Part shown: in pieces, positions 1 to 10,269 of the stretch
How the letters are laid out: each line of letters starts with the position of its first letter
Numbering within the stretch: position 1 is the first letter of the stretch
Source of the DNA: Azolla caroliniana
Lineage: Eukaryota > Plantae > Polypodiophyta
Reading direction: 5' to 3'
Assembly (NCBI GenBank): GCA_043228905.1
Contig: JBHGNT010000013.1
Coordinates: 5,022,001 to 5,086,000, forward strand
DNA: 64,000 bases
Position numbers and translations under genes: made by a program
Notes under the pieces: generated by a model
The model's database searches: none
What the model saw: the letters and a program-made list of their open reading frames with translations, nothing else
What the model was told of the DNA's origin: nothing

Positions 1-893
1 AATGCTCCGAACTTTGACGTTAGGCCCCCGAGACAAACCTGCACCATCTCATCATGCTCAATGGTTACATTGATAGAACCAAGTGAGTTGCAAATGTCTT
101 TGATCCAGGCCGTATAGTCGGCCACCGACATGTCCTTCTATCAGACATTGTTCAACTCCTGTCGGAGTTGTAGCTTCCGGGTCGTGGTGCTTGCGGTGAA
201 GACCTTCTTTAGGTTTCCCCAAGCTTCCTTTGGGGTCATGGCATCTCGGATATGGCTCAGCAGCTGATCGTTGACACTAGATGCAAAGCAGTGCATAACT
301 CTGCTTGCCGCTTATTCCCAAGTCGGGAATTCCCAATGTCCCGCATCAGCTGTTGTATCATTGGCTCTGTCTACATAACTCCAGTAACCATGCCCAAGCA
401 GGTACTGATGCATCTTGTACGAACAAGATGAGTAGTTGGATCTGTCGAGTTTCTCCATCGGGAGCGAGCTAGCAATTCCTCGGTCGATATCATTCTTCTG
501 ACTGTTCTTTACCAGGTGTTAGGGTTTTTCTTTAGAAAACGCTTGTCGGTTGCAGAGATTCTCAACCCTTACTCTCTAATACCATGTAAAAGAATACGAT
601 TGTGGAAGCTAAGACAAAACTGGCTCGGACGAGTAGCAAAAGAATATAGACACGGGTTTAATGGAAACCTTACACGGGAGAGACAGAGAGAACAAAATAG
701 TAAACTCAATAGAAAATAATAACACTCTGTACATACAATGTGCTCAGTGAGAAATTTTATACAAGTCCTTAAAAGGACTGACAGAAGTACTAACAAGTAC
801 TTCAATGCTCATACGAGCGACTGGCACTGACTCCTAAAAATATGCCTACGTACTAGGCTAGATTCATAGTCCTCTAAAGGCCTACCGGTTACA
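1..893 (-). mobile_element. Ty1/copia 5' end: LTR (585-893), Met-i-type PBS and degenerate gag
   Basis: TG...CA LTR 585-893 followed on the minus strand by TGGTATTAGAG. The minus translation of 1-480 gives a UBN2-type gag (EKLDRSNYSSCSYKMHQYLLGHGYWSYV). The LTR is similar to 27779-28080. Confidence 0.8.
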
Positions 894-2190
894 ATCGGAT
901 CCGGCTCCTGGTTCGGGATACCATCTCGACACCGATCCAGTTCTTCATTACGGACTCCAATTGGGCTCTGGCTTGTTCAGCCGATCCGAATACGGTTGAG
1001 CTTGTCCTCTCAACAGACATGAATTGATTGATCAAGCCGATCGGGTAACTGAGGTCCGACCAAGCGATGGTCAAATAGATGCTCGGCTTCTTACTCTGTC
1101 AGAACCGTGTTGGGTCGGACATCGTTCTCGAATTTTCATGAAGCTTCGCAATTCTATCCAGAGGGGTTGAGACTGATTTAGAATCTGTCATCCTGAACTT
1201 GAAGAGCATATTCAGCACATAATAGCGTTGGCTGATCAATATGCCTTCGGCGGTACATATCACTTTGATTCCGAGGATGTGATGATGGTCCTCCAGATCC
1301 TTCATTTCAAATGCTGCCAAGAGTTGAGACTTTACTCGATCGATTTCTTCAAGGTCAGCCCAATGTGACTGAGAGGAACTGCACCGACATGTTCAATGGT
1401 ATGCGGAGTGTCGTCTCCTGTTTCGACCACTTCTTGCTTTTCCGGTTTCTCCAACTACGAGAACCATTCCTCGTGACTCGTCATATGATTTGACGCTCCG
1501 GAGTCAACATACCACACCTCGTTTTCCCTCGAGGTGTTCACGGCCATTGAATTAGCCTTGTGCTTCATTACAAAGGTTGGGCCCGATCCATTTCTGGCTC
1601 ATTCAGATCCTTCCGCGTAGTGCGACCTTTGACGCCTCTCTGCTTCTCTTCGGCTCGATCCAGCTTTGTCAGAATCGGCTCATTTCTTCCAGCACTTGCT
1701 CTCCCTATGGCCTTTCTTGCCACAGTACCAGCAATCCGTCGTGGCCTTCTCTTGCCGGTTTCTGGCGCCACCATGACTCCCCCTGCTTCCGGAGGGTACT
1801 GTGTCATTAGCTCCACCGACATAACTCCAATAGTTTTGCCCAAGTAGGTACTGGTGCATCTTGTACGACCAAGATGCACAGTTGCTTTTGTCCAGCTTCT
1901 CTGTAGGAAGCGAGCTAGCCATCCCTCTATCTTATTTCTCTTTAGTTCTTCGCGGTTATGTTTGTTTGTTTGTCAGCCGCAGAGGATTTCAACCCTCGCG
2001 CTTTGATACCATGGAAAAGAATAGTGTGTGTGTGGAAGCATAACAAACACAACCGTGTAACACATATGACGAAGAGAAGGTTTAATGGAAAGCTTTGAAC
2101 ACAATACAACATATGCATGAGAGATAGTGAAGAGGTCTAAAGACGAAGCACTCGAGGTCTTCACTCGGTGGATAGATAAAGTTGAGAACC
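894..2190 (-). mobile_element. Internally deleted, degenerate copia (gag, protease and RT remnants, PBS, partial LTR)
   Basis: ORF 1680-1922 gives gag start plus zinc knuckle CWYCGKKGHRESKC. Protease WYVDSGA lies near 1500-1520. ORF 1099-1320 gives RT (FEMKDL..ILGIKV..ILISQRYY). PBS TGGTATCAAAG on minus at 2001-2011. Confidence 0.75.
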
Positions 2191-2520
2191 GGTCAGGATA
2201 CTGAGTGAAGACACTCCGATCTAACAACAAAGGTGAATACATCTCCCAAGCCTTCAAATAGTACATGTCCAATAAAGGGATCAGACATCAAAAGACCGTT
2301 CCATACACACTCAAACTGAACGATCCAGGAGAGGGTGACGGCATAGCCTATGCATTCATCCCCAGGGAGAAAAGGACCAAGATGGCACCCCATGCAACCA
2401 AATGTATATTTCTCGGCTATGGAACCAATAGGAATTTTGGGTATAGGTTGTGGGACCCAAAGAACCGGAAATTGATCCGAAGCAGTGATATAGTCTTCAA
2501 TGAAGACTCAATTTGATTCT
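2190..2520 (+). mobile_element. Copia integrase / SH3-like fragment
   Basis: ORF 2265-2516 contains KCIFLGYG...GYRLWDP..RKLIRSSDIVFNE. Confidence 0.75.
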
Positions 2521-2808
2521 CAATGTTCTTTAGTCGGCTATCGGCTTCCGACTATTTAGGAGAGTGTGTTCTTCCCCAACTCCCAGTCGACGATAGTCTT
2601 CTCCTCCATGAAGGCTATGTATTGGCTCTAAATAACCTTCTTGTTGACTAAGTCCCATAGTCGATTGCCGAATTCATCATCACCATAGCTAAGAAATATG
2701 CATGGCCGAGATTTTGGATCTAATTTTCAACTTTGATCCTTATCAGACTTGGAGGCCACAAACCCCATCTTACGCAATTGGTGCGTGAGTTTTGAGTTCC
2801 AAGCATGG

Positions 2809-3335
2809 TGTCATGAAGATTTCCGGCTATAGTGTGAAACCGGGGTGGAATGGGCAAGTCGGTGGTGTGCAACATGTGCACATGTATACTAGGAAATGGT
2901 GTATAGAAATAAGAGGGGAAATTTTATCCCACATTGTAAGGTCCCTCCCTCCTTGGGCTATAAAAGGAAGGGAGGGGTCACTTATGAAGGAATTGCCTAT
3001 TTTGCGTATGAAAGGTATACCATTTAGTGTAGAGTTCTTACCGTTTTAGGGTTAGGGATTCGCTTAGGGTTTCCTTGTTCATCCCCGGTTAGGGTTTTCT
3101 CATAGTTTTGGTGCGGTCCGTGCGGCCACCATTGTTGTAATCATTCTTTCGTTTTAATATAACTTGTTGAGTTTCTTGCCTCCGCCGATCTCCCCTTCTA
3201 TGTCATGGTCTTATTCTTTCCTCTTCTCCTCTTGAGCTAAGCCCCATATCATGTCTTATTCTTTCTCCTCTACTCCCTAGTCTGAGACCCCCGTGGTCCC
3301 GCCCCTTCTACACTCACGCGCGTAACAACGCGACA
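2809..3335 (+). repeat. 5' LTR (527 bp)
   Basis: TGTCATG...GCGACA ends, TATA box CTATAAAA near 2958, direct repeat of 7054-7616. Confidence 0.92.
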
Positions 3336-3339
3336 TCTT

Positions 3340-3356
3340 TGGTGAACCCGACGTGA
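3340..3356 (+). promoter_or_regulatory. Primer-binding site complementary to tRNA-Trp(CCA)
   Basis: TGGTGAACCCGACGTGA is the reverse complement of the plant tRNA-Trp 3' end (TCACGTCGGGTTCACCA, recalled from memory). Confidence 0.85.
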
Positions 3357-3372
3357 AGGGCGGCAAGGGAGC

Positions 3373-4215
3373 ATGGAGATGGAAGAAGACTTCGACTTCG
3401 AGGAGATGATGGCAAAGATCGTGATGGAAGCCGAACGGAAGATGGCGAAGCGAGATGCGGCTCAACAAGTCGTTGAAAGGGTGGTTGATCGAGTCGGCCG
3501 GTTCAATGGGAATGAGGTCCTAAAATTTTGGGGAGCCTACAAGACCGAGATGGTGAAAGGGGGCGTGGACGAGGCGATGCGGCTAGAGTATTTTCCTCGA
3601 GTGGTGGCCGTATCCGTGCACAAGGAGGTCAAGGAGCTACGAGAAGCTCATGAGTCATGGGTGGCCTTTGAGGGAACCCTATTGGAAGTGTACAGGTATG
3701 TGAAACCGGACGAGCGAGGTCGGCATGAGTTGGACCGATGGGTGGCGTCGATGGAGGGCCATCGGAGCGCAATGGATGCATTCCGAGAGTTCGAGCGCCG
3801 TTTCTCTCAACTCTCGGAGCGAGATCGGAGATCGGTGGGGGCGGACAAAGTCCTCCTATTTTTGAAGACGGTCCATCATGAGGAGAGGATGGACATCTTA
3901 TTCGAGCTTCAAGATGATTACGGAGCACATGGTCTCACCAAGGAGTGGTCCGAGGTGGAATGGGTGTGCCGGCAACATGATGCGAGGCAGTCGGCCACAA
4001 CACAGCTCGCGGGCGGCGGAGAAGAGAGAGCGGCGAGTGACTACGCACTACCGCCGGAAGAGAGCTCAACGCAAAACGGTTTAGAGGAGCTCGACCTAGA
4101 AGCGCTAATACGGGAGGCAGGTGAGCTTGTGAAGGGGAAAATCGAAGCCGAAGAAGGGCTTATTATGGGTCCGGTCGGAGGTGATCGGAGGATGCGGAGG
4201 AAGAAGCCTCCCTAA
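3373..4215 (+). CDS. Gag-like protein (280 aa), Ty3/gypsy type
   Basis: Open ORF starting just after the PBS, with GRFNG...FW..Y..EM and SWVAFE..LLEVY capsid-like motifs. Confidence 0.7.
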   Translation: MEMEEDFDFEEMMAKIVMEAERKMAKRDAAQQVVERVVDRVGRFNGNEVLKFWGAYKTEMVKGGVDEAMRLEYFPRVVAVSVHKEVKELREAHESWVAFEGTLLEVYRYVKPDERGRHELDRWVASMEGHRSAMDAFREFERRFSQLSERDRRSVGADKVLLFLKTVHHEERMDILFELQDDYGAHGLTKEWSEVEWVCRQHDARQSATTQLAGGGEERAASDYALPPEESSTQNGLEELDLEALIREAGELVKGKIEAEEGLIMGPVGGDRRMRRKKPP

Positions 4216-7053
4216 GCGTAGAAGACGGGGCCTATACGGAGGCCGGAAAAGCGTACGACGGCGACATGGGAGAGGGTGCGGAGCAAGCGACCCTCTTGCC
4301 TTGCGGTGAAGGGACGGCCATGGAGGCCGGTAACTACGGATTCGGGACATGGCGGCCCGAAACATCGAGTGGGGAGGAGACAAGCGGCGGTGCCGCGACC
4401 TTACACACAACGATCCTAGAGGCTCCGGCAGTCGGCCCGAGTGCCGGCGTGAGACCCAGAGCGACGGGCGGCAAGGCGGTAAGGCAGCAAGGCGGGCAAC
4501 CGAGACGACGACATGGAAGAGACAGCGGCAAGCATAATCTAGGCTTGCGCGATCGGAGGCGGGGTAGCCACAGACAACGACGTCCGGACGGAGGTGGCTA
4601 CGGACACAACGAGCGGTGGTGTCAGGTCCTTACCCACACCAGTCCTAGAGGCTCCAGCGGTCGGCCCGAGGGCTGGCGTGAGTCCTAGAGCGACGGGCGG
4701 TGGCGACGGCAAGGCGGGCAACCGAGACGAGGACGAGGACAAGGAGGTAGCAAGCATAACCGAGGCTTGCATAACCGGGGACGGGATAGCCACAGACCAT
4801 GGCGTGCGAACAAAGGTGGTTACAAACATGACATCGGCGAGTGATGGTACCGAGACTTTTCCCACACCTATTCTAGAGACTTCGGCGGATGGCCCCGAGA
4901 GCCCAAGTGAGACCGGAGAGACGGAAGGTGGCGGCGGCAAAGCGGACGATCGAAACGACGACGAGGAAGGTCATAGCAGATAGAGGAGAGACCCCTCGAC
5001 ACCGAGACCGGAGACTACGGCGGTTGCGCCCGAGTGCGGACATAAGACCGGAGAGATGGGCGGTGGCCGTGAGCGGGCACATACAAAGAGGATGTGAGGC
5101 CCGGAACGGGCATACCGAAAGGTACCGAAGGAGAGGCCGGGAGTGGCAACAAGGAGAGAGTCGGGAACCGACCCGAGCAGAAGACGAACCGGTCGGTAAT
5201 CAGACACGACCGGAAGACGACGCGGAAGAAGATTGGAGCAAGGGCTGGTCAACCGGGCCCGAATGGAAGAAGAGCCGGCAAGGCCGGAATTGTTTTGTTG
5301 AACCCTTACCGGCCGGTTACGATCACGGAAGGGAGCCGACCGAACCGGAATATGATCAATCGCGATCAAACCGGGCAAGGACCAAACCGGCATGATTGGA
5401 GACCGGGGAAGACGAGTCGCAACACATGGTGGGAGCCGATGAGCGCGAGAAGGAGGCCAAACGGGCATGATGACTACGGTTCCGTGGAAGACCGGAAATG
5501 AGCAGGACCCTCCCCACCTATTCTAGAGACTTTGGCGGTTGCGGATCAACATAAGACCTGAGAGACGGCAGGTGGCGGCGAGGAGTCAGAGACCGGAACG
5601 GGTACCCGGTGCATGAAGACGGATGAGCACGGCCAAGAGGGCCAAACGGAGACGGAAGAGTGTACGGCAACGAAGGACGAAGAGACCGACGCGGAGGTCG
5701 GGTCTACGGTGGATGAGGCGCGTAATACGAAGTATGCACTACGGCGTAAAACGGAGCATGCACTACGGCCGGCGAAGGGCCAAGAAGCAAGCAAGCACCC
5801 GGAAGAGCGGCAACGAGTGACTGGCAACGGCGGACCGGTCGAACCTTTGAGAGGCAAGCACGCTGCAAGAGACGGAGCGGTGAGTTGCCGGGATCGGCGG
5901 GTGAATGATGAGAGCAGAGGATGGTGCGCGGAGAGCAAAGAGTTATGCACCGGGGAGAGAAAAAGTGGCGTCCCGGAAGGCATGCAAAGCCAAACGGGCC
6001 AAGAGGATGCGAGTCAGGATGAAGCAGTAACAAGAGCCATGAAGAACCCCGACACGAAGGTCGGGATGACGATACGCTCTACTACAAGAGAGCACGGAGA
6101 GCAAGGGAGAATCGAGGTGCGCGTAATGGGGTCACCTAAGGACCAAATAATGAGCGTGCATTCGGAGGAGCCGCAACGAGTGACCGACGATGACGGTCGG
6201 AGGAAGCCTTCGAGAGGCAAGCGCGGGGCAATGGACGGTGCGACGAGACACCAAGATCGACGAAACGAGACGAGTGTGATCGGCATGAACGAAGGATTGT
6301 GTCTTGGGAAAACGGAGGAGATGCATGGAGAACGGAGGGTCACGTACCATGAAGAGCAAACGGGGCATCCCAAAGGATGTGTGCGGCCGAGCATGTCAGG
6401 CGGACCAAGAGGGTGTACCTTGGGACGAAGCGGCAAATTTGGAGGTTGCGGGGGACACTGAAGATGATAGCACCGACACGGATGTCGAGGAAGCAACGTA
6501 CCTTTTCGAAAGGGTACACGGAGCGAAGCGGAGTGCGAGACGTGCGATGTGGCTGTGTAAGGGCCGAGCAACGAGCACGAGGATGATCGACAACGAAGTT
6601 CGGCGTGCGACTATGCCGAGTCGAGGAAGCGGCCGAGGCAAGACAAGCATGGACGAAGAGCACATGGTGCGATATTCGGCAAACAGTCGGGAAGAACGAG
6701 GATTCGGTCCAAGGTTGCTCACGGAAAACGAAGGAAGACAAAGAGAGGTTTGTGAAGGCCAGGTCTAGTGGACCGGGCGGAGACAGTGGTTTGGCGATTT
6801 CCGTCGAGTATGGTGGATCGGATGGAGCCGACGGTTTGAGAGTAAATGCCAGATATGGCGGATCGGATGGAGCCGCCGGTTCGGGGACACGCGGTGGACG
6901 TGGTGGATCGGATGGAGCCGATGGGTCGGGGCCGATAAGGAGCCGGTAAGGAGCCGGTAAGGCGAAAGACCCGGTTGATCACCATCGCCGAAATCTCTCA
7001 CCCTTTTCCTTTCTTGGCACATACCGGTGGATGTGCGGTTTGGTGGGGGTGGA

Positions 7054-7616
7054 TGTCGTGAAGATTTCCGGCTATAGTGTGAAACCGGGGTGGAATGGAC
7101 AAGTCGGTGGTGTGCAACATGTGCACATGTATACTAGGAAATGGTGTATAGAAATAAGAGGGGAAATTTTATCCCACATTGTAAGGTCCCTCCCTCCTTG
7201 GGCTATAAAAGGAAGGGAGGGGTCACTTATGAAGGAGTTGCCTATTTTGCGTATGAAAGGTATACCACTTAGTGTAGAGTTCTTACCGTTTTAGGGTTAG
7301 GGTTTCCTTTAGGGTTTCCTTTAGGGTTTCCTTTAGGGTTTCCTTTAGGGTTTCCTTGTTCATCCCCGGTTAGGGTTTTCTCATAGTTTTGGTGCGGTCC
7401 GTGCGGCCACCATTGTTGTAATTGTTCATTCGTTTTAATATAACTTGTTAAGTTTCTTGCCTCCGCCGATCTCCCCTTCTATGACATGGTCTTATGCTTT
7501 CCTCTTCTCCTCTTGAGCTAAGCCCCATATCATGTCTTATTCTTTCTCCTCTACTCCCTAGTCTAAGACCCCCGTGGTTCCACCCCTTCTACACGCTCGC
7601 ACGTAACAACGCGACA
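7054..7616 (+). repeat. 3' LTR (563 bp) with expanded TTTAGGGTTTCC array
   Basis: Direct repeat of 2809-3335, 36 bp longer because of three extra 12-bp units at 7297-7355. Confidence 0.92.
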
Positions 7617-7689
7617 ATGGGGGACTTCTTTAGTCGGCATACTACCGACTTGTTCATCTCCAATTGAAATCCGGGGGGCTTGACGATCC

Positions 7690-8385
7690 CGGTCTGGATC
7701 GGAGATGTGAAGGAGCCAATCGTAGCATTGATTGACCACGAATCGGAAATCAGCCTGATGTCGATGGACTTCTCCAAGAAGGGCCGGTGGCCAATCAATA
7801 TGAAGTACGGGTGGAAGATTCGCGCGGCAACCTAAGTCACGGAGGAGCTACACAAAGCGTACCTGAATGTCGGAGTAAAGGTCGGGGATGTCGAGATCAA
7901 CCAACACTTCTTCGTGCAAGACACATGCTCCCATCTGGTTATTCTCGGTGAACCTTACATTATGATGGCCTGAATGGAGACAAAGATATTGGACAACGGT
8001 TCGGCCTATGCGTGGGTGAAAAGCTAGGACGCTCGACAATCCGTCAAGTTCTTGACAGTCATGCCAAACCACAAGAGGAATCAAGATTCCCTCGGCGGCG
8101 AAGGCCGAGAGGACTTTTAGAGAGGGCTATCAAGGTGTGGGGACGCGATAGTCCAGACATCCGGAAGAAACCCCACACCTGTAACATAGGTAGGAAGTTT
8201 TGGTTCTTCGACAACGGAGGTGGTGTCGTGGCCGGCATCAGTGGACGGGAAAGGAAGTGGGTCAAAGGGCGCTTGAAGGCATGTGGAGCTTTGGGCCCGG
8301 ACGAAGAGATCGATGAAGCCATGGAGGTAGTCTCGTTCGACGACACTCTTAGGGAGATCGAGAAGGTGGTCACAGCCAATGTCAT
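7690..8385 (+). mobile_element. Degenerate gypsy protease-region fragment
   Basis: Translation PIVALIDHESEISLMS...QHFFVQD...ILGEPY, homologous to 11280-11640. Confidence 0.65.
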
Positions 8386-8770
8386 TTTGTGCTAAATATG
8401 CTTTTCAAATTCAGCATGGAGGATTGTTAATCCTTCTCGATTCCTCTAGACCATAATGTCAAGATTCGCCAAGGTTTGGGAATGACATGCGATCTGACAC
8501 AATTCCGACATATAGTTGGAAGCCTTATATACCTGACCGTCACCCGTCTGGACCTTTGTTATCTAGTTGGACTAATCAATTAATTTGTGTTGCAACACCC
8601 TCGAACACCTTGATTACTTCCTCGAGATCAAAGTGATCCAAACTCCCGATGGAATATTGATCAACCAATGCCATTATGTGTTGAATATGCTCTTCAAATT
8701 CAGCATGGTGGATTGTAAATTCGTCTCAACTCCTCTAGACCATAATGTCAAGATTCACCAAGGTTCGTGA
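8385..8770 (+). mobile_element. Two tandem copia RT fragments
   Basis: CHYVLNMLFKFSM..C..STPLDHNVKI occurs twice (about 8377-8480 and 8669-8765). Confidence 0.65.
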
Positions 8771-8884
8771 ACGACATGCGTGTTACCCGTAAGAATATAC
8801 AGGGAGGCATAAGGGTAGGTGTAATGATGTGGTTGATGTGTATGTGTAAAGTAAATGAGTGTGTGAGGATCAGTATGTGTATTA

Positions 8885-9690
8885 ATACAGATCGTGAATA
8901 CTTAATTGGTGTTGAAGTTGTGGTTGAAACAGATTGTCGTCCATTGCTAGGGATGATTTCAAGTTATGAAACATCTAATATAGATATGCTTAGATGGATA
9001 GCTTACATAAAATCACTATGTCCTGAAATCAAGCACATTGCAAGAACGGATAACCCAGTTGCTGATATGCTCTCAAGAGCGAGGTTTAAAGGTAAAAATA
9101 CTATGGTAATGATTGATGAAGAAGATGAGAGTTTTGATTTCTTTTCCATAAATTGTAACTTGACGGGGTCATGTGATTTGGGTGTTCATGTTATTCTTCG
9201 TGAATTTGAGTACGAGGGGGAGATGTTATAAATTGGAAAATACTTGAGTACTCATGAGAAAGATGGAACATGGTCAAGGGAGCTATTTCATAAAATAAGA
9301 AAGAAAGCTTATAAATTTTTTCTTCATGAGGGATATCTTTAGAGACATCCAAAAGTTGGGAAAGGGGTTCCGCAAGGAGTGGTTGGAAGAAGGGAAGAGC
9401 AACATAAACTAATATTTGAATTTCATGATACTTTATGGGCAGGTCATCGTGGAGTTTGGGCCACCTATTCGAAATTAAAAGAGAAGTTTTGGTGGGGGAA
9501 TGTACAACGATGTTGTAGATTATGTACAATCGTGTGAGAACTGCCAAATATATTCAAATATTCGTCATTGTGATGGGTTGCAACCTACTTATTCTTTATC
9601 TCTACATTATAAATGGGTTGTGGATATTGTAATGATGTCTGTAGGGGTTTGGCAAATGAGATATCTTGTATTGGCAAGAGAAGAGTTGCA
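8885..9690 (+). mobile_element. Degenerate gypsy RNase H / integrase fragment
   Basis: VVETDCRPLLGMI...RWIAYI...NPVADMLSR, then FHD..WAGHRG and VQSCENCQ of the integrase zinc finger. Confidence 0.75.
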
Positions 9691-10269
9691 TTTTTATTCA
9701 CTTGTCTAATGATATATGACCCGAACCATCTTTTGGCAAATTTGCAAGAAGTACTATGTTGGTTATCCAAGCTGCTATCATAAACTATGACCCAATCACC
9801 TTCTTGGAGCTTTCTTGGTCAAAGGCGATGGGTTTTATCAAATCTTTCTTTGTTCCGTAGTCGACATTGTTTCATCCTTTCCGTAGCTATTTGAACATCA
9901 CACTTCAATAGCCGCTTCAGCAAGAAAGCTTTGCATGTAGTGTTGCCCTTCTTAGCTTAGCCACCTATCTCAGCTTCCTCAACTTTGTCTCGCCCTTGTT
10001 TGGTTGGCTCCGGCTCTGCCTCGTTTCTTTGGCCACTTCCCCTGCATCTGTCCTCAGCTTCTTCAATCATCTCGAAATCGAAATCGATTTCTACATCTGA
10101 TTCAACTCTTCAGACTTCATCTCTCTCCTTCACATCATCATCACATAGCATTCATTCCTTAAGTTCGCCTCACACATCGTCAATTCGATTCCTCGTTCTC
10201 ACACATATTACATATTGTTGTTTCCCAAACATTCTAGTCGTTGTTCCTCATACATTTATGCCATTTCTT

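Larger units (their letters stand above)
2809..7616 (+). mobile_element. Complete non-autonomous LTR retrotransposon, gag only (TR-GAG-like)
   Basis: Near-identical LTRs 2809-3335 and 7054-7616 (TGTC...GACA), ATGG on both flanks, PBS 3340-3356, purine-rich GGTGGGGGTGGA before the 3' LTR. No PR/RT/RH/IN motifs seen internally. Confidence 0.9.

Noticed and set aside
4539-6571. Antisense or env-like ORFs in the pol-less element
   Set aside because: No signal peptide or TM pattern; long reverse ORFs are expected in this GC-rich repetitive DNA.
7289-7355. Interstitial telomere or healed chromosome end
   Set aside because: The unit is 12 bp rather than pure TTTAGGG and lies inside an LTR whose partner has the same motif.
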